Origin: a virus
Taxonomy: Duplodnaviria > Caudoviricetes
Strand: one strand, 5' to 3'
Virus record (IMG/VR): IMGVR_UViG_3300031949_000139
Location: 1-27,856 of that record
DNA length: 27,856 nucleotides
The translations under genes were made by a program, and so were the position numbers. Position 1 is the stretch's first letter. Each line of letters starts with the position of its first letter. The notes beneath the pieces were generated by a model. That model made no database searches. It was not told the DNA's origin and saw nothing but the letters and a program-made list of their open reading frames with translations. Shown piece after piece: positions 7,273 through 16,317 of the stretch.

Positions 7273-9573
7273 CTATGAATAGGCTATAGCTAGCCAGTTT
7301 AGCGTACCTGCAGGGTCTATTGTACAGTAAGCCCCGTAGGTATCTCTTGTACTACATATTGCACAGGATACACAACATCCTGCAGCACCCGATATTGAAC
7401 AATAACAAACTATCTGAGAAATAGTATAGACACATACTCTTGCACATGAGTCCCTTGCATCACATGCTATCCAGCCATAAGCATGATAGGCTACACATGT
7501 TCTATATGCATTTGTATAGGAACATACAGTCACTGGACCAAACTCAGCGTTACTAGCAGAGGACGTTATTTCACATGCTGGACCTGTAACACATACACAA
7601 GCTATAGCACAGTTGCCTGATGTAAAGGTTACGTACACTTGACCACAAGCAGAATAAACCAAACAAGAGCAGTAAACATTACCAGGGTCTGCTGTAAATG
7701 TAGAACAGGCAGCTTGAGTACAGCTACCAGGATTACCTGTTTGAACAAATACATCAACCCCTCCATTGCTAGCATTACAGGTGACACAGCAACAAGTTAT
7801 GGTTGCAGAGCTGATATCCGTAGCTGTCCAAGTTAAACATGCTTCACATACCATAATATCCCAGGTTTCTAAACAAGGAAATACTACAGCTGTACAATGG
7901 CTATTTGTAGCTTTTAATTCCAACTCACTCGCATGGGGCTGGCTATAGGCAAAGCAACAAGCGCACCAAGCTGTATCACCATTCTTCCTATAACAAACAG
8001 CATAACACTCTGTACCGTAATTATATAGACCACATGCGGCATTACACCATAGTTGGAATAAACTTCTAACACATATAGCACAGGTACATGCAGCCGAAGT
8101 CATACAAGCACCATACGCTGCATCCCTTGTACATTCAGCACCTGTGCTAGCTTCTAAAACCAAAGTAGCATGTACTACAAAACAATATCCGTAGCAGGTA
8201 GCACTGGTTATAAAGCACTCTGGAGCGTCATTGTATATACACCACCGTTGTGACTGAGCTTGGGTACAGTTATAGGCCTGAAGCTCCTTAACACTTACAA
8301 TAACTTGTGGCGATACAGTCCAACCTAATAACTCTACAGTACATCCAGTACCTACATTACCACTACCTATTCTTTTAACGTAGGGTACATCACCTAACTT
8401 GTCATGAAACTTTAAGGCACCTGCAGATAGGAAAGAGTAGTTACAGGCATCAGCTGGGTCTATCATACAAAAACCCGAACAGGTTAAGCTAACTACTAAG
8501 GCATCGTCAACATCATAGCCAAATAACCCCATGTTAGCACCCTTAACACAAATCTTCCCTTGAACCCTCAAGCCATTTGTAGGGTCATACGTCAAATAAG
8601 AGTTGGTATCTCCAATAGCTATACCATAGGCATCTGAACCGTAGCCTAAGAAGCCATTAAGATTGCCCATACGCATGCGTGTACAAATGGTAGACCAAGG
8701 AGAGCCTGCATGCGTATATACGTCTAAGTGAGGAGCATTCGAGTCCGAAGCGGACATGATTAACCCCCCGTCTCCAGAAAGGCCATAGTTCGTTACAGCT
8801 GTGCCCTTAGGCCACGCAGGATTGTTATTTGCAGCATATGTAGCAGCCAAGTCTCGAACCATGCAGTAGACGTTGCTCCCTAAAGCTATAGAAACACATA
8901 GCCATTCTTCACAAGAGCCTGCTCTAATTCTTAGTATATCACCCTCACTAAAATCTACCGCACCTGATAGAGTCATACATGAGGCGTCAGCTGCGGTCAT
9001 AGCAGCGTCAAGGATATCTGCATCATGGGCAATCAAAAGAGTACCTCCAACAGATGAGACTGTATCATACTCAAAAACGGTAGTACTAAACTTCCCCCTT
9101 GCATAGATATCCAAAAACTCTGCTTCACCAGTACAACTGATACAGAACCCTGTACCTAGAGCACCACTTACAAAACCTGAGGATTGGACATAATTTGAAA
9201 CAGTCAAACAACCAGTGTTTGCACAGATAGCACCTAAATTTGTAACACATACTTTGTCAGCTGTTACTGCTCCTGCTGCTAGTTTAGTAGTGGTAATAGA
9301 ACCTGCACAAACCTTTACAGCCGTAATAGCGTCAGTCTGTATATGGTCCGCTATTATTGAGTTGGCTGATATCTTAGGAGATGTTACAGCACAGGCTGCA
9401 ATTGTTCTAGCTATAATAGCATCTGTAGCAATATTATCCGAAGTTATAGTACATGCAGCCATCTCACATCCGTAGATTTGAGATAGTACCATACTGCTGA
9501 GGACCCCTTGAAGATATACAGGGTCCCACTTCTCACCATAGGGATAAACCGTTGTATATTGAACGCAAGACAT
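7273..9573 (-). CDS. cysteine-rich tail fibre/spike protein
   Basis: Directly follows the nozzle gene. N-terminal ITxDKL/AxAVTADKV-type fibre repeats, followed by beta-rich domains. About 66 Cys in 766 aa by manual count. Confidence 0.7.
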   Translation of the reverse strand: MSCVQYTTVYPYGEKWDPVYLQGVLSSMVLSQIYGCEMAACTITSDNIATDAIIARTIAACAVTSPKISANSIIADHIQTDAITAVKVCAGSITTTKLAAGAVTADKVCVTNLGAICANTGCLTVSNYVQSSGFVSGALGTGFCISCTGEAEFLDIYARGKFSTTVFEYDTVSSVGGTLLIAHDADILDAAMTAADASCMTLSGAVDFSEGDILRIRAGSCEEWLCVSIALGSNVYCMVRDLAATYAANNNPAWPKGTAVTNYGLSGDGGLIMSASDSNAPHLDVYTHAGSPWSTICTRMRMGNLNGFLGYGSDAYGIAIGDTNSYLTYDPTNGLRVQGKICVKGANMGLFGYDVDDALVVSLTCSGFCMIDPADACNYSFLSAGALKFHDKLGDVPYVKRIGSGNVGTGCTVELLGWTVSPQVIVSVKELQAYNCTQAQSQRWCIYNDAPECFITSATCYGYCFVVHATLVLEASTGAECTRDAAYGACMTSAACTCAICVRSLFQLWCNAACGLYNYGTECYAVCYRKNGDTAWCACCFAYSQPHASELELKATNSHCTAVVFPCLETWDIMVCEACLTWTATDISSATITCCCVTCNASNGGVDVFVQTGNPGSCTQAACSTFTADPGNVYCSCLVYSACGQVYVTFTSGNCAIACVCVTGPACEITSSASNAEFGPVTVCSYTNAYRTCVAYHAYGWIACDARDSCARVCVYTISQIVCYCSISGAAGCCVSCAICSTRDTYGAYCTIDPAGTLNWLAIAYS

Positions 9574-11366
9574 TACTCTCTCCGATAACCACAGGGCTTA
9601 GCATATATAGTATATTCACCCATGATTAACTGTTCTGTAGATGTACCACTACCTACATGAGAAAATCTCAGCTGTAGGTCATCAAATCTACCTAGGCCCT
9701 TAAGACCTGTTTTGCCGCTAGTTGAAGCTGTAGTAAGGACAGATGTAGTAGTAACCCTATCATTGACTGTAATACCTGATATTACAACATTATTAGCTGT
9801 ACCACTCAATATTTGAAAGTCAACAAAATCACCTATCTTCTTAAAAGGATAATCAAAGTCAAATCGTTTGCTATCCTCCTGGTACGTAATAGCAGTATTA
9901 CCAGTGTCATCGTAGGCTGTAGACTTGAAGAGTTTATAAACTTTTCCATTAGCTGCATCACCATACATCAGTATCTCTTCTTCATCCGCTGTAGCAGCAA
10001 CTACCTTTTCTACATGGATAGCCCAACAGTTAACGTTCCAACCTGTATAAACCACCCACCCTTTAGCAGTCATATCATATACTAGTACAGTATTAGGGTA
10101 TGTAGAACTGCCTGTAGGTACTGCTACATAGAGCTTATTATTATGAACTATCATACAAGACCTAGAGATATAATCAAAGTTGATTGTATTCCAAGTTGCC
10201 TGTATCTCCCAAGACAAAGGTAGGTCTGGTGCGACCGCATTTGCTTGAACTATCCTAACACCATCACGAGACAGGTAAAAGACTGTATTACCCCATGCGG
10301 CTGTACAATTATAGGCTACACAACCATGCTCAGTATCAATGGGTCTTAAATTCCAATATGTAGCCGTATCACCTTGTACTAACAATTCATGAATAGAGTC
10401 TTCCTTAAATATAAGAAGTACGGACTCTTTAAAAGCTCTCATAGCCATGACATCTGTACCGTCCCCAGAGTAAACCTTTATTACATTACTAGTCATGTTA
10501 TAAGTAGTAGGGTCAATAACATCTGAATAGTAGACAAAGTCAGGATAGCTATAACCTGTAGAGGTAGCTGTAGTACCACTGAATAAAGCCTCACAGGCCT
10601 CCTGTGTATCACTTGTACCATCACTAACTGTTATCGTCCCACTTCCTGAAGTTAGTGAGTAGATACTCAACTTCCCTGCAGAGGTTTTATAGGCTATACC
10701 TTTTGCAGCAAAGCCCACTACCGCATTGATTAGGGTAACTACCTCATCAATACTTGTAGCTGTAGCTAAGTTTATATCATCAAAAGTAGAGCCTCCTACA
10801 ATAATTTTAAGGTAACTACCTGCTGCACCTGTAAAGACTGTCACATCACCTGTAACAATAGGGGTAGTGTTTACATTTGCTACCCATAGCCTATTCTTAA
10901 AGTAGGCCATGACTTTACCCTTAGGTGCGGTAACATACTCAGTCATAGCTGTACCATTATATCCGTAGAAGCTATTAACTCCATTAGACATGTATACGGA
11001 GCCTTGAGCTTCTTGCATAGCTTGTGGATACGTTGCAGCAGTGAAAATATCGGCTTCAGGTACATCTGTCCAAGACCCCGTCTCTTCTAAGGGTAGGGTA
11101 GACTTGTAAAAGCGTTTATTAGCAACAAGTGTCATCCTTGAAGCAATACCACCACCCTTTAAATAGCATAACCCCATTATCGGTACTGTACCTATAGCAG
11201 ATAAAACTGCTGTAGAACCGAGCCTCTTGTACTTCTTCCCTGGGGATGAGATATCCATGTTATAGAGCAGCTTACCCTTATTAGCGTCAATCTGCCGAGC
11301 ATCTGCTCTATCATCCATACCTAAAGACTGTGTTATTCTAACGTAAAGGGGTTTTGGTTTTAACAT
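9573..11366 (-). CDS. tail nozzle / head-stabilisation protein (P22 gp10 / T7 gp12-like beta-propeller)
   Basis: Beta-propeller-like repeats (YFKNRLWVA, YYSDVIDP, LLIFKEDSI, HGCVA, VFYLSRDGV, VLVYD...W). Located right after the adaptor gene. Confidence 0.7.
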   Translation of the reverse strand: MLKPKPLYVRITQSLGMDDRADARQIDANKGKLLYNMDISSPGKKYKRLGSTAVLSAIGTVPIMGLCYLKGGGIASRMTLVANKRFYKSTLPLEETGSWTDVPEADIFTAATYPQAMQEAQGSVYMSNGVNSFYGYNGTAMTEYVTAPKGKVMAYFKNRLWVANVNTTPIVTGDVTVFTGAAGSYLKIIVGGSTFDDINLATATSIDEVVTLINAVVGFAAKGIAYKTSAGKLSIYSLTSGSGTITVSDGTSDTQEACEALFSGTTATSTGYSYPDFVYYSDVIDPTTYNMTSNVIKVYSGDGTDVMAMRAFKESVLLIFKEDSIHELLVQGDTATYWNLRPIDTEHGCVAYNCTAAWGNTVFYLSRDGVRIVQANAVAPDLPLSWEIQATWNTINFDYISRSCMIVHNNKLYVAVPTGSSTYPNTVLVYDMTAKGWVVYTGWNVNCWAIHVEKVVAATADEEEILMYGDAANGKVYKLFKSTAYDDTGNTAITYQEDSKRFDFDYPFKKIGDFVDFQILSGTANNVVISGITVNDRVTTTSVLTTASTSGKTGLKGLGRFDDLQLRFSHVGSGTSTEQLIMGEYTIYAKPCGYRRE

Positions 11367-12379
11367 TAGTCTGTACCTATTGTTCGACCATAGTCGAGTG
11401 TTTGTATTAAATCCTGACTGTCAGGTATAAACTGCTCTATTCTACCTGGTACACCTTGAGCAGCATAGAGCTCTTGAACCTGAGCTACCCAGTTCTGCTC
11501 TTCTGTTTCCCAATCTTGACCATCCTCTTTCAAAGCATCTACATAAGCACCTTGAACCATCTCACTGCAGCAATCTATAAGAGGTATATCATTGTTATCT
11601 ACTAAGGGTGTTAGCCTTCTACCATAAAATATTCTCCATGTAGGCTGGGTACCTGTAGCTTTAGGTAAAGGGTTAACCTCATACCAGTTATATAATGCAC
11701 CTGCTTCACCTGCAGGTATTTGAGCTAAGACTGTAGTTGAGGTCTTACCAGTAACAGTAATCTTTCCAACAACAGCACTTTGCGTACCATCAGTAGTACC
11801 TGAAGATATAGTAAGCTTTTGGGTTGTATCATATGTATTAGATGAGTCTACAGCTGTAGTGCCATTCAAGGTAATATTCTCAGCTGTTATACCTCCACTC
11901 ACGAGCCCTCGTATACGTACACACGCAGGCGTTTTATCCGTAGCAGCATTGTTATCCGATATAATAGTTACTTTTTCTGCCTGAGCTAGGATAGCCTTAG
12001 TAGTATAGGTACCTACAGGATAACACATAGTAGGGTCACCTACTTGTATATTGCCTGTCTGGTCTAAATCTATAGCTCGATGACGTACATAATACTGAGC
12101 ATCCTTTATAGGTATTAAGACTCCGTTCGTCTGGTCAAAGATAACCCATATTTTATCTATCTCAGATGCCATAGCATAAGCACGTGTAGAAGCTGTAAGG
12201 GTCATAGTAGTATCACCTAAATTCTCTTCAAAAGGAAAACCCCGTATTATACGGACATACCGCTCATTAAGAAAATCCTTAATCTTAGGCAGTATATCAT
12301 TGGCATTCGTAATAGATGTAGCCGTATTCTGTATCCGTCTACCTACCCTACGTTGCATCTCTTTATAAGTTTGTAGCAT
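11366..12379 (-). CDS. head-to-tail adaptor protein with internal insertion
   Basis: TYKEMQRRVGRRI..IKDFLNE..I N-terminal helices and P.P....Y.RR...LVDNNDIPLI C-terminal part are typical of podovirus adaptors. Thr-rich insert in the middle. Confidence 0.65.
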   Translation of the reverse strand: MLQTYKEMQRRVGRRIQNTATSITNANDILPKIKDFLNERYVRIIRGFPFEENLGDTTMTLTASTRAYAMASEIDKIWVIFDQTNGVLIPIKDAQYYVRHRAIDLDQTGNIQVGDPTMCYPVGTYTTKAILAQAEKVTIISDNNAATDKTPACVRIRGLVSGGITAENITLNGTTAVDSSNTYDTTQKLTISSGTTDGTQSAVVGKITVTGKTSTTVLAQIPAGEAGALYNWYEVNPLPKATGTQPTWRIFYGRRLTPLVDNNDIPLIDCCSEMVQGAYVDALKEDGQDWETEEQNWVAQVQELYAAQGVPGRIEQFIPDSQDLIQTLDYGRTIGTD

Positions 12380-12539
12380 TGCTTGTTCTCCGGTCAGTAA
12401 ATTCTATAGGCACTTGTTTCTTTCTCCTATTTACATGGTCTGCCTGATAGTCACAACTTGTACATCTTTCAATAATCTTACCATCTTGAAAGGTACAGCT
12501 TAAAGTTCCAATTATACACCTAGGACAATCATTTTTCAT
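12363..12539 (-). CDS. small zinc-ribbon protein
   Basis: MKNDCPRC...RCTSCDY followed by NRRKKQVPIEFTDRR. Overlaps both neighbours by a few codons. Start chosen at MKND (track start 12566). Confidence 0.6.
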   Translation of the reverse strand: MKNDCPRCIIGTLSCTFQDGKIIERCTSCDYQADHVNRRKKQVPIEFTDRRTSNATNL

Positions 12540-12750
12540 AGAATACTGCCTTAGGCTCAATACCACAAGCTATCTCAATACGATATAACCGCTTATCTAT
12601 ACTAGTTAAGCTGTGGTTGGCTACTTGAGTTAAGCAATCTATTTTATCGTCATTTCTAAAATAACACCAAGTAGTCCATGTAAAAGAGCCCACTGTTAAC
12701 ACTGTTAAAACCCAAAAAGCTATTGCCCATTTTCCATTTCCACTACCCAT
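12529..12750 (-). CDS. small single-TM protein with coiled-coil tail (holin/XhlA-like architecture)
   Basis: MGSGNGKWAIAFWVLTVLTVGSFTWTTW then LTSIDKRLYRIE. AAGGA RBS before the ATG at 12750. Confidence 0.55.
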   Translation of the reverse strand: MGSGNGKWAIAFWVLTVLTVGSFTWTTWCYFRNDDKIDCLTQVANHSLTSIDKRLYRIEIACGIEPKAVFYEK

Positions 12751-12781
12751 TGATATCCTTTCTACTAGCTTTTTAAACAGG

Positions 12782-12928
12782 CTACCCATCTCTGCCTGTC
12801 TCTCCTTCAGCTTTTTTCTGAAGCTCATTAGCAAGCTTCATCTTTGTCTCATTATATCTTCCTTGAGCTATTTCAAGGGCAATACTAGCATCCGCAAATG
12901 CTATCTTATACTTTTCTAAATCTGTCAT
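12782..12928 (-). CDS. small coiled-coil protein (48 aa), possible fibre chaperone
   Basis: MTDLEKYKIAFADASIALEIAQGRYNETKMKLANELQKK. AGGAG RBS upstream of 12928. Confidence 0.6.
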   Translation of the reverse strand: MTDLEKYKIAFADASIALEIAQGRYNETKMKLANELQKKAEGETGRDG

Positions 12929-12938
12929 GTCTTCTCCT

Positions 12939-13322
12939 TTAATACAACATACCGTAAAGGTACAAAGTATTAGTTGCACCGCCTGAGTTATTAGCTACTT
13001 GTGCTTGTATAACTGTACCAGTTGCATACGCCTTTGTTTTAGTAGGCGTAGTATTAGGAACAGGCATCAGTATAACTGCATCCCCTGATGCATCGAGATT
13101 TGATAAGGTATTAGCGGGAATAAAATCAGTTTCTGCGGTATCCTGACCTATTGATATAGTAGTTGTAGCACCCGCATCTGCCCCAGCAACAAGGATAGCA
13201 CTATGGAGTATACAAGTTTTATTTGCTGGTACAGTGTAGATAGTAGTATCCGCATCAGCTGCCAATGAAACAGTTGTAATACTTAATAAAGCTAAAGCCT
13301 TCTCTTTTAAAGCTGCCATCAT
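12939..13322 (-). CDS. Thr/Ala-rich beta-sandwich-like putative virion protein
   Basis: TTIYTVPANKT..L..A...A...I.IG and terminal LYGMLY pattern typical of small phage structural beta proteins. AAGGA RBS. Confidence 0.55.
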   Translation of the reverse strand: MMAALKEKALALLSITTVSLAADADTTIYTVPANKTCILHSAILVAGADAGATTTISIGQDTAETDFIPANTLSNLDASGDAVILMPVPNTTPTKTKAYATGTVIQAQVANNSGGATNTLYLYGMLY

Positions 13323-13328
13323 TTTTCC

Positions 13329-14408
13329 TTAGTTTGCAAAAACCATTTCGCCGTCTACAAATACAGCGTCATCGTCATAACTCACAGCATTTAGTTCTTT
13401 TATTAGAAGACTAGTTTCTAGTGCTGTTAAAGTTGTCGCATTAAAAACTAATGTCTGGTAAAGAGGGTCTGAACTTAACTCACCCCACATAAGAGCCTTA
13501 GCACGAGCAGTAGCCTTATCAGCTCTGTAGAATGTATCAATCATAAAAATATAACCCGTTGTTTCAAAATACCCAGAGTATGCACCTAAGAATAGACTGT
13601 TATCTCCAGTATGAGAATATCCAGCACTATATCCAACATAGGTACTCTCATAACTATTATTGCTATAACCAGAACCATTACCTAATGCAATAACCCCTGA
13701 GCCAGTAGATAGAGATAGCAATGCTTGAGCACCCATAGCCACGTTGTTACTACCAGTTGTAGTACTAGAACCTGCTGAAACCCCGATATATAAGTTATTT
13801 GTACACTCTGTTGCATTACCCCCAGCACCCATACCTATAAAAGTATTTGAAGAGCCTGTAGTTAAGTAACTACCAGCAACAAAACCTATACATGTATTAC
13901 CAGCACCATAGGTAACAGATGTACCAATACCACCCCCAATAAAGGTGTTCTGATTACCTGCCATAGTAAAATTACCAGTACCAAATCCTATAAAGATGTT
14001 AGCAAAGAATGCCCCAGAATTATTATATACTGTAAAATATTTATTGCCTCCTATCATATAACCATACGAGGCATCCGTTATATCTACACCTAAAGAGAAT
14101 ACTGGAGTACCGTTTATTACAGTCTGCGGAGATGTCTGGTCAAGAAGAAGAGAGCCACCACCACTAGCAGCCCAAGATAAATTACCAGCACCGTCATTCG
14201 TTAATGCACCAGCAGCATCTGCTGGGTAATCGGTTAAATCAGCAAATGCAACAGAGGTAAGGTATGTAGACGTGTCAATCCCTAACAAACCCGCCGTGAC
14301 TTTAAGTAAGCCTGTGTCAAACCCGGTAAGAGTTTGAGGGCTAGTCTGGTCAAGCTTGATATACCTCAAATCAGCTACTGCTATAGTAATCCCACCTGAT
14401 ATCTTCAT
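13329..14408 (-). CDS. tail fibre/spike-like protein with NTxIGxxAG beta-roll repeats
   Basis: About 9 repeats of roughly 14 aa (NTFIGGGIG, NTCIGFVAG, NTFIGMGAG, NLYIGVSAG, NVAMGAQAL, STYVGYSAG, SLFLGAYSG). LDQTSPQT occurs twice in the N-terminal region. Confidence 0.7.
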   Translation of the reverse strand: MKISGGITIAVADLRYIKLDQTSPQTLTGFDTGLLKVTAGLLGIDTSTYLTSVAFADLTDYPADAAGALTNDGAGNLSWAASGGGSLLLDQTSPQTVINGTPVFSLGVDITDASYGYMIGGNKYFTVYNNSGAFFANIFIGFGTGNFTMAGNQNTFIGGGIGTSVTYGAGNTCIGFVAGSYLTTGSSNTFIGMGAGGNATECTNNLYIGVSAGSSTTTGSNNVAMGAQALLSLSTGSGVIALGNGSGYSNNSYESTYVGYSAGYSHTGDNSLFLGAYSGYFETTGYIFMIDTFYRADKATARAKALMWGELSSDPLYQTLVFNATTLTALETSLLIKELNAVSYDDDAVFVDGEMVFAN

Positions 14409-14794
14409 TAGATTAAGTTTATCCTATAAGCACTGTCGGATACCCATGTGACACGTATCTTCATAATATCCATACGGAGAAAAGATACCTTCTCTCCAGC
14501 TTTCATGGTCCACTTACTACCATAGTTTATGCCATCTCTAGTGACATCCACCTGTACTTCCCCAGAGTCTACTATCATATACCCATCTTGTACATATCTA
14601 CCCATGTCTCCGTAGAAGTTATGTACTACTGGGCTGTCACCCTCAACAAATGCAGTATCTTCATAGGACTTATTTAGGCCTTGATAGGAGCCTTCCCTAA
14701 CTTGAAGGTTTCCAAATCTATCTACTTGTGCCTGAAAGCCCTCATTAGTATCCCTGTCTGAAACATGACCGACTATCCTAACTGGCGCTGCCAT
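14408..14794 (-). CDS. hypothetical beta-rich putative virion protein
   Basis: Track ORF 14408..14842. Start more likely MAAPVRI at 14794, just after the stop of the 59-aa ORF. Confidence 0.55.
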   Translation of the reverse strand: MAAPVRIVGHVSDRDTNEGFQAQVDRFGNLQVREGSYQGLNKSYEDTAFVEGDSPVVHNFYGDMGRYVQDGYMIVDSGEVQVDVTRDGINYGSKWTMKAGEKVSFLRMDIMKIRVTWVSDSAYRINLI

Positions 14795-14798
14795 GATA

Positions 14799-14978
14799 TT
14801 ATACCGCAGCAGTCCATACAACATAGGCTGCAAACTTACCATTTCTCAATGGTATAACATCACAAGCCCGAATAACTCCTGTATCGACTATAGCTTCTAA
14901 TTTTGTCTCTAAACCTGCTACAGCTTCTGAAAGTGTTTCATACTCAGTAACTGTAGACGTAGCTGTAAAGTTTGCCAT
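14799..14978 (-). CDS. small hypothetical protein (59 aa); not in ORF track
   Basis: MANFTATSTVTEYETLSEAVAGLETKLEAIVDTGVIRACDVIPLRNGKFAAYVVWTAAV. AGGAGG RBS, and it fills the gap exactly. Confidence 0.75.
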   Translation of the reverse strand: MANFTATSTVTEYETLSEAVAGLETKLEAIVDTGVIRACDVIPLRNGKFAAYVVWTAAV

Positions 14979-14987
14979 CTAACCCTC

Positions 14988-15413
14988 CTATGCAGCCGTT
15001 GTATTGATACTGGACCAAGTCCATTGCCACGGTTTTCCCGGATACTCAAATGTTAAGGTAAGGTCTGTATTATTACCATCAACATCGCTACATTGCATGG
15101 TTGTAACTTTAACTTCTTCACGCTTCCCACCGTCTACACTGCAGAACCAAGACCAACCATTCTTTAAAGCTGTAGAGTTGGTTAACGTCTGACTTCTGCT
15201 CATACCCGTATCTGCAAATATATGCACTTGACAGCCATCGTCCATAGTAAGGACTAAGTCTGTAGTTCCAGGCAGCCATTGAGCCGTGGTACCAAGGTCA
15301 TTCATAGCTATTACTAGTGTCTGGGATGTACCATTTACTGTAGTCGTCTGACCATTGGAATAAACCCAAGGGCTACTTGCAGTATCAATTGTTATCGTTT
15401 GCTGTGTTCCCAT
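14988..15413 (-). CDS. Thr-rich beta protein, putative virion decoration
   Basis: Very Thr-rich, beta-strand pattern. AGGAG RBS. First gene after the enzyme block. Confidence 0.6.
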   Translation of the reverse strand: MGTQQTITIDTASSPWVYSNGQTTTVNGTSQTLVIAMNDLGTTAQWLPGTTDLVLTMDDGCQVHIFADTGMSRSQTLTNSTALKNGWSWFCSVDGGKREEVKVTTMQCSDVDGNNTDLTLTFEYPGKPWQWTWSSINTTAA

Positions 15414-15425
15414 TACTCATCTCCT

Positions 15426-16190
15426 TTAAACGTAAATCTTCTGGAGGACAATATGGATGTCCCACCAGCTCATAAAACGTTCACTGAAATTAGACCTACA
15501 CATAATGACCTGGAACCCTAGTTTTTGGGCCTCTCTCTTTATAGCCTCTTTATTCCACATTATATAGTGTTCTCTATGTTTCCAGTGAGCAAATCGTATT
15601 GGCGAAGTCTGATGTATAAAATCAACATCAGGAGTTGTGATAACTACTACGCCATCCTCCGGCATCAAAGCATAAGCTCTTTTTAATGCGCTTAATGGGT
15701 TTCTAAAATGCTCAAATACATGACCCATCCAAATAACATCATACTCATCCGTTTCTTTAAAGTGATGTGTTTCAAAATTACCTTTGATGTGGTATTTATC
15801 TGAAGGTCCATCTTTATTTATATCAATACCCCAACAAATCCATCCACGTTTACGGAGCCACTCCATTGGTCTTTCATAGCAGTATCCAACATCGAGCCAC
15901 CTGCGACCGTATGTTAACTCTTCAATAAGGTTGATATATGTTCGGTGTGTATGTATCGATCGGTCCTCAAACTCCTTAGCATCGGCTATACCATCATGAT
16001 ATGCCTTATCAGGGGTATATCCCTCAGGATATTTATCCTGAAAGATAATACCACAAGAACATTTAAAAAACAGACCTGTACCCTTATTGATAGTATCTGC
16101 ATCCTCAGTTACGTTATAGGCATACACAGTAGGTCTATGACAAATTGGACATGTACTAGGTGTTACGGTTAATGTGTTTTCGTTTTTCAT
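15426..16190 (-). CDS. class I SAM-dependent methyltransferase with N-terminal Zn-ribbon
   Basis: CPIC...CSCG Zn-ribbon, WLDVG motif I, WGIDIN, YDVIWMGHVFEHFRNP...L...LMPEDGVVVITTP. This is the type common in glycan-modification clusters. Confidence 0.85.
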   Translation of the reverse strand: MKNENTLTVTPSTCPICHRPTVYAYNVTEDADTINKGTGLFFKCSCGIIFQDKYPEGYTPDKAYHDGIADAKEFEDRSIHTHRTYINLIEELTYGRRWLDVGYCYERPMEWLRKRGWICWGIDINKDGPSDKYHIKGNFETHHFKETDEYDVIWMGHVFEHFRNPLSALKRAYALMPEDGVVVITTPDVDFIHQTSPIRFAHWKHREHYIMWNKEAIKREAQKLGFQVIMCRSNFSERFMSWWDIHIVLQKIYV

Positions 16191-16317
16191 AACTCTCACA
16201 ATAGGTTACTGTACCTTGAACAGCTAACAAATGGATGTTACCAGTATGTCTATTTATCCGCGACACACGGCACACTCTCCTGTCTCGAACGCACGTCGAG
16301 CACAAGCCATTTATCAT
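16156..16317 (-). CDS. possible small 4-Cys metal-binding protein
   Basis: MINGLCSTCVRDRRVC...TYCESY. It bridges the otherwise empty 16191-16249 gap but overlaps both neighbours. Confidence 0.4.
   Translation of the reverse strand: MINGLCSTCVRDRRVCRVSRINRHTGNIHLLAVQGTVTYCESYEKRKHINRNT

Noticed and set aside
7273-9573. Cys richness as an artefact of genetic-code reassignment or of a diversity-generating retroelement
   Set aside because: The Cys are ordinary TGT/TGC codons, all three stop codons end genes normally, and other genes are not Cys-rich. No reverse transcriptase or template repeat is visible in the window.
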